A stretch of 64,000 nucleotides of DNA from Candidatus Geocrenenecus huangii. GTDB lineage: Archaea; Thermoproteota; Nitrososphaeria_A; Caldarchaeales; Wolframiiraptoraceae. Location: the NCBI GenBank assembly GCA_023254095.1, contig JALNLM010000007.1, positions 23,591 to 87,590 on the forward strand, read 5' to 3'. The notes beneath the pieces were generated by a model, which worked only from the letters and a program-made list of their open reading frames with translations, was not told the origin of the DNA and searched no databases. Shown piece by piece: positions 59,399 through 64,000 of this stretch. Each line of letters starts with the position of its first letter. Positions within the stretch are counted from its first letter, which is position 1. The position numbers were made by a program, and so were the translations under genes.

Positions 59399-60852
59399 AG
59401 ATTCTCTCCAAGAATAATGATACAGTCAAGATCCTCTCTTCTCCCGATGAAGAACTTCTTGAACGTGGAGACTACCTACTAATAGAAGACGGTGGAAATA
59501 AGCTCTTAATCCAAGTGCTCGATATAGAGTATGCAGATATCCCAGGGATACTTGAAGACACTCTTAGAGAACTCTCGATAGAAGATGCGAGATCATTATC
59601 CTCAGTTGACCCATACTCAGTTGGTTCACTGATAGCTAAATTGAGAGAGGCAAGACTTGTAATAGCGAAGTTTAGAGGAGTCTTGGTTAATGGAGAGCTC
59701 AGAAATGATGTGCTGTGGCTTCCATCTAGATTCAATTCAAGAATAATCAAGGCATCTTCATCTCTAGTCAACGAGCTCTCTAGAACAAGCGGTAGACGAA
59801 CCCTACTACTAGGCGAGTGTATGAGTGAGTGGTTTACTATTAATGCTGAATCTCTAGATGGTAGACTAACAATAATCACAGGGAAGAAAGAAATGGGTAA
59901 ATCGCATCTCGCAAAACTACTAGTATTAGGGCTGGTGGAGTATGGAGCTCGAATCATAGTGTTCGATATGAATGGCGAATATGGAGGGTTATCGAAGAGG
60001 GTTGATGGTATAGAAAGCGACCTATCTAATAGACTTAAAGTGATAATTCCAAGTCAGAATTTTAAGACTTCAATATTAGATGCAGGTTTGAAAACGATGA
60101 TGGATATCCTCCGATACGTCTACGATACGCCATCCGCCAGTCTTAGAGAATTCAGCAGAGTATGGTATCTTGCGGAGAGAGTATATGGAAAGGTAACTCT
60201 TAGAGGATTGATTGAAGCATTAACCAAAACCCAGATGAATGAGTCTGTCAGAGAGGCTCTACTAAGCAGATTACTATCGATTGAAGACTTAGATTTTTTC
60301 GATGATGAAAATCCACAGAGTATAGAAGACCTACTTGAAGAATTAGACTACGGTGGAGCTTTGATAGTTGATCTCTCAAAGAGTCTACCACATGGTAGAA
60401 GACTTGTAGTCGAATACTTCTTAAGTAAGCTTTCCACGATATTAAAGAACAATAAGTATCCACCTGTATTCCTTCTAGCTGAAGAAGCCCACTTATACCT
60501 GCGAGATACTTACTGGGATGACTTAGTAACAAGGATGAGGCATATCGGAATCTTTCCCATATTTGTTACTAATCAGCCAGATATGATTCCAGACTCAGTT
60601 TATAGACAGGCCGACAATATATTTCTATTCAATTTCACCAACGATTCAGACCTAGACTATCTAGCTAAAGCTTCCAGAGTTGATGTAGAAACTGTAAAGA
60701 GAATCGTTAAGACCTTGCCTCCTAGAAGATGCCTCGTAATAGGTAGAGTTGTTAACGATCTGCCGATAGTTGTGAAAGTTAGAGAGCTACCTGTAAAAAC
60801 CATGGGCGAGACGAAATTATTCTTCACCGAATCTCAGCAAAGAAACTTGTAA
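59395..60852 (+). CDS. herA: HerA/FtsK-family (DUF87) ATPase
   Basis: HAS-barrel-like N-terminus, GKKEMGKS, VFDMNGEY, AEEAH, RMRHIG, TNQP. Confidence 0.82.
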   Translation: MKILSKNNDTVKILSSPDEELLERGDYLLIEDGGNKLLIQVLDIEYADIPGILEDTLRELSIEDARSLSSVDPYSVGSLIAKLREARLVIAKFRGVLVNGELRNDVLWLPSRFNSRIIKASSSLVNELSRTSGRRTLLLGECMSEWFTINAESLDGRLTIITGKKEMGKSHLAKLLVLGLVEYGARIIVFDMNGEYGGLSKRVDGIESDLSNRLKVIIPSQNFKTSILDAGLKTMMDILRYVYDTPSASLREFSRVWYLAERVYGKVTLRGLIEALTKTQMNESVREALLSRLLSIEDLDFFDDENPQSIEDLLEELDYGGALIVDLSKSLPHGRRLVVEYFLSKLSTILKNNKYPPVFLLAEEAHLYLRDTYWDDLVTRMRHIGIFPIFVTNQPDMIPDSVYRQADNIFLFNFTNDSDLDYLAKASRVDVETVKRIVKTLPPRRCLVIGRVVNDLPIVVKVRELPVKTMGETKLFFTESQQRNL

Positions 60853-60900
60853 AGTTAGATTCTTGAAAGAAACCTGCTTAAACGTATATGTACACGTATA

Positions 60901-62721
60901 TTAGAGAACGGTAACGCTTTTTGCAAGATTCCTAGGTTTATCAGGATCATATCCTCTCTCTATAGCTGCATAGTATGCTAGTAACTGGAATGGTACAACG
61001 TAGACTATCGGGGAAAGAAGTGGATGGGTGCTCGGTAGCCCAAGGTACCAATCTGAGAGTTGTTTAATTTCTTCATCTCCCTCAGCTCCAACACAGAATA
61101 TTTTCGCTCCACGGGCTTTCATCTCCATAATGTTTCCTATCAAGTGTTTACGGGCATCGTCGTTTGGAGCTATGAAGAACACTGGATATCCATCTTCTAC
61201 GACGCTTATAGGTCCATGCTTACTCTCACCTGCAGGGTAAGCAATACATGGAATATAACTGAGCTCCATTATCTTTAATCTGGCTTCTAGAGCCGTAGCA
61301 TTGCTTATACCTCTACCGAGGAAAAACATGCTAGAGAACCTCGCAACTTCTCTTGCAAGGTTCTTGACGGGGTCATTAGATATTTTCAGCGTTTTCTCGA
61401 CTAGTTCCGGTATACGTCTCAATTCGTCTTGGAACTCATCTACCTCATACTGTGATACCTTTCCCCTCTTCCTAGCAAGTCTTAAAGCTAGAAGCGCTAA
61501 AACCATCAATTGTGACGTAAACGTTTTAGTAGCAGCGACGCCTATTTCCGGTCCCGCATTCTGTAGAACGTAGGCTCTAGCGATTCTAGTCAATGTGGAT
61601 CCAAGTACGTTCGTTATACCGATAATCGTTGCTGCTCTATACCTTGCATAGTCTATGGATGTTAAGACGTCAGCCGTCTCACCTGACTGGCTTACCGCAA
61701 GTATCACCGTATCCACTCCAATAGATGAACCGTAGTTTTCAATAAACTCTGATGCAATAACAGGGTACGTCGATAATCTTGCCAGCTTCGAGAACATGTA
61801 TGACCCGACTAGACATGCGTTGTAAGACGTGCCTGAAGCAATTAAGAATACTTCTCTTCCTCTATCCAGGAATTCTGTTAATAGATCAAGATATCTTTCT
61901 TGTATTCTTAATGCTTCTCGTAGGACGTTGGGTTGGTCGAATATTTCTTTTAGCATGTAGTGTGGATATCCTCCTTTGGTAGCCATCTCAAGGGTCCAGC
62001 TGAGCTCCGTGATCTTTCTCTCTACTGGTACACCAGTATCTATCCTGATTATCTTGAAACCGTTAGATGTAACTATAGCCATATCTCCATTCTCTAGGAA
62101 TACGACTTTATTCGTATGTTCAATTAATGCTGCAGCATCGCTTGCAGTTAGATTCATGCCTTTTGCTAATCCTATAACTAGCGGAGATTCATTTCTAGCG
62201 AGTACGATTTTATCGGGTTCACCCGTAAATATCACTGCTATAGCATAGCTTCCTCTAAGTTTCCTACAAGCCTCTAATACTGCTTCAGCAAGGCCCCTCC
62301 CCATCTTTACATATTCTTCAATGAGATGAGGTATTACCTCGGTATCTGTCTTAGACCTGAATACATGTTTTCTAGCTTCAAGCTCTTGTTTTAGTTCCAT
62401 GAAGTTTTCTAATACTCCATTATGTACTACGGCTATACTTCCCGTGCAATCCGTATGGGGATGAGCATTTACTTGTGAGGGTGCACCATGAGTAGCCCAC
62501 CTAGTATGTGCTATACCTATGTTTCCAGGTAGATCCAGGAGATCTAACCTAGAATGTATTTCATCGATCTTGCCTGCATCCTTCTTCACTATGAGTTTGC
62601 CTTGATATATGGTTGAAACCCCTGCTGAGTCATACCCTCTATACTCAAGTCTTTTAAGAGAGTTGAACAATATCTTGGCCACGTTGCCTTGTCCTATTAT
62701 GCATCCAGTTATACCGCACAT
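60901..62721 (-). CDS. glmS: Glutamine-fructose-6-phosphate transaminase
   Basis: MCGI, LEYRGYDSAG, HTRWATHG, SQSGET, PRNLAKSVT. Confidence 0.96.
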   Translation of the reverse strand: MCGITGCIIGQGNVAKILFNSLKRLEYRGYDSAGVSTIYQGKLIVKKDAGKIDEIHSRLDLLDLPGNIGIAHTRWATHGAPSQVNAHPHTDCTGSIAVVHNGVLENFMELKQELEARKHVFRSKTDTEVIPHLIEEYVKMGRGLAEAVLEACRKLRGSYAIAVIFTGEPDKIVLARNESPLVIGLAKGMNLTASDAAALIEHTNKVVFLENGDMAIVTSNGFKIIRIDTGVPVERKITELSWTLEMATKGGYPHYMLKEIFDQPNVLREALRIQERYLDLLTEFLDRGREVFLIASGTSYNACLVGSYMFSKLARLSTYPVIASEFIENYGSSIGVDTVILAVSQSGETADVLTSIDYARYRAATIIGITNVLGSTLTRIARAYVLQNAGPEIGVAATKTFTSQLMVLALLALRLARKRGKVSQYEVDEFQDELRRIPELVEKTLKISNDPVKNLAREVARFSSMFFLGRGISNATALEARLKIMELSYIPCIAYPAGESKHGPISVVEDGYPVFFIAPNDDARKHLIGNIMEMKARGAKIFCVGAEGDEEIKQLSDWYLGLPSTHPLLSPIVYVVPFQLLAYYAAIERGYDPDKPRNLAKSVTVL

Positions 62722-62921
62722 CTTCTACCCACATACTTACTTTCCACAGTCTATTTTAGATATTGTTTTTCTAGAATCCCAAGATATCGAATTCTGATTT
62801 TTAGAATCAATGTGGCCAAGATATAGATATGTATTTGGTATTTCCTAAGTATTCTTCTCGGAATCTATCTAGGATAACTTATGAGTAAGAGATAAAATCA
62901 TGGGGTTGGACATCGTGTTAG

Positions 62922-63650
62922 ATGAGCAGAATGAATGAAGACCTTTTTGATGAAGAAACTAGGATTATTTTCCGTAACAAGCTTGAGAACTCTCTAAGTA
63001 TACTTAATGCTCAGATAGAAAGACTGAGATTAAGATACTCGGAGATGGAGGCTAAGAGTAAAGAATACTTTGAAAAAGTCGTAGAATGTCTAGTCAATAT
63101 GGATGAAGATAGAGCGAAGATCTATGCAGAAGAGATTGTCGAGATAAAGAAGCTTGCGGAGATGGTTAAGAAAAGTCAACTTCTTCTACTACAAGTGAAA
63201 ATAAGACTAGAAACCATAATAGAAATAACAGAGGTAATAGGGTTGATAGTTCCTCTAACATCTCTGCTAACGGAAGTGGAAGATGAGCTAAAACCGATAG
63301 CTCCAGAAGTGGTTCAAAGCCTTCACGAGCTCTCTGTATGTATAGAAGAATTCGCGACTACAACCGTATACAATAGATTGGAGCCTGTGAAGTATGAGGA
63401 ACTGAGTAGTGAGGCTGAGAAGATCTTGCGTGAAGCGCAGAGGAATGCAGTAGAGATCGTTAAGAACAAGTTCCCAGACATACCTGCTCTAGACGAAAAA
63501 GAGATCAAGATCTATGCGTATATCTCGAAGAATGGGGGTGAGATAGATTTAAAGAAATGTTCAGAAGAATTAAAGATCGATGTAAAAGAAATAAAGGACA
63601 TACTAACATCACTTGAAGAAAAGGGATTGATAGAAGTGGAGGGAGCATAA
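62922..63650 (+). CDS. cdvB: CdvB / ESCRT-III (Snf7) protein with C-terminal winged helix
   Basis: RAKIYAEEI.EIKK, L.QV.IRLET, EAEKIL.EA, FP, then YI..NGG.I wH domain. Confidence 0.82.
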   Translation: MSRMNEDLFDEETRIIFRNKLENSLSILNAQIERLRLRYSEMEAKSKEYFEKVVECLVNMDEDRAKIYAEEIVEIKKLAEMVKKSQLLLLQVKIRLETIIEITEVIGLIVPLTSLLTEVEDELKPIAPEVVQSLHELSVCIEEFATTTVYNRLEPVKYEELSSEAEKILREAQRNAVEIVKNKFPDIPALDEKEIKIYAYISKNGGEIDLKKCSEELKIDVKEIKDILTSLEEKGLIEVEGA

Positions 63651-64000
63651 ACAAGGTCAGAACATTTGTGGGCATCCTGAAATTTTTCCCTTTAGACAAC
63701 CTTCTTCATGATACCCTGCCACACAGGTTTTATCAAGTTAAGCGATACGCTTAAGTAGAAGCTAATGCGTGTCATTTTTTTCGATGCTGGGACAGTTGCT
63801 TGAAAAATCGTTAATACAAGTATTTATAGAAGAAGTCTTCAGATGTTTAACATTCGCTTAGTTAATAAACGTTTAATATTTAGTCATGAAACTACAACAC
63901 TAGGATGCACAGTTTTTCCTCACATAGTACGAATACTTCTACAGAAATTGAAAAGGTAGAAAGACCTAGACGAAGATCATTTTTCAAAGTATTAGAAGCA

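Noticed and set aside
164-63699. Many 60-250 aa ORFs antisense to or nested in well-supported genes (e.g. 164-649, 29636-30376, 49385-49894)
   Set aside because: Shadow ORFs rich in Ser/Ile/Leu/Pro, with no motifs, fully overlapping confident genes
63652-63718. Possible C/D sRNA on the minus strand (ATGAAGA ... CTGA, 53 nt span)
   Set aside because: No credible D'/C' boxes and no recognisable target; could arise by chance
1-64000. CRISPR arrays, IS elements, proviral genes, tRNA or rRNA genes
   Set aside because: No regularly spaced repeats, transposase or integrase motifs, or GC-rich cloverleaf or rRNA-like segments were seen; intergenic gaps are all under about 350 bp

Overview
A gene-dense, AT-rich archaeal core-genome window with about 60 CDSs and no CRISPR array, IS element, tRNA or rRNA that I can see. 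Archaeal markers include aRF1, archaeal-type TpiA and ProRS, the bifunctional FBP aldolase/phosphatase, pantoate kinase, a histone-fold protein, CdvB/ESCRT-III, NurA-HerA and C/D box sRNAs. The NuoI and CBS-C2H2 proteins resemble Nitrososphaeria (Thaum/Aig-like) homologues as I recall them, so a TACK archaeon is inferred, not proven. Main modules: a 12 kb beta-oxidation/ETF/FadF-like cluster, glycine cleavage gcvPA-PB-T, leuCD, sugar-phosphate genes, slipin-nfeD, and physically separated mre11-rad50 and nurA-herA pairs. The most notable signals are: (1) C/D box guide RNAs missed by the ORF track, including one with a recognisable 23S rRNA target and a cluster of 2-3 in one 300 bp intergenic region; (2) a bacterial-type ATP-PfkA with an intact allosteric site; (3) a SAMP/MoaD protein whose di-Gly is capped by SFF, with a JAMM protease 6 kb away; (4) an orphan NuoI with a ~110 aa inserted domain; (5) a non-canonical face-to-face-type histone; (6) a short Rad50 with an altered signature motif. 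No single clearly novel multi-gene system is demonstrable from the sequence alone. All family calls come from motif recognition, not database searches.
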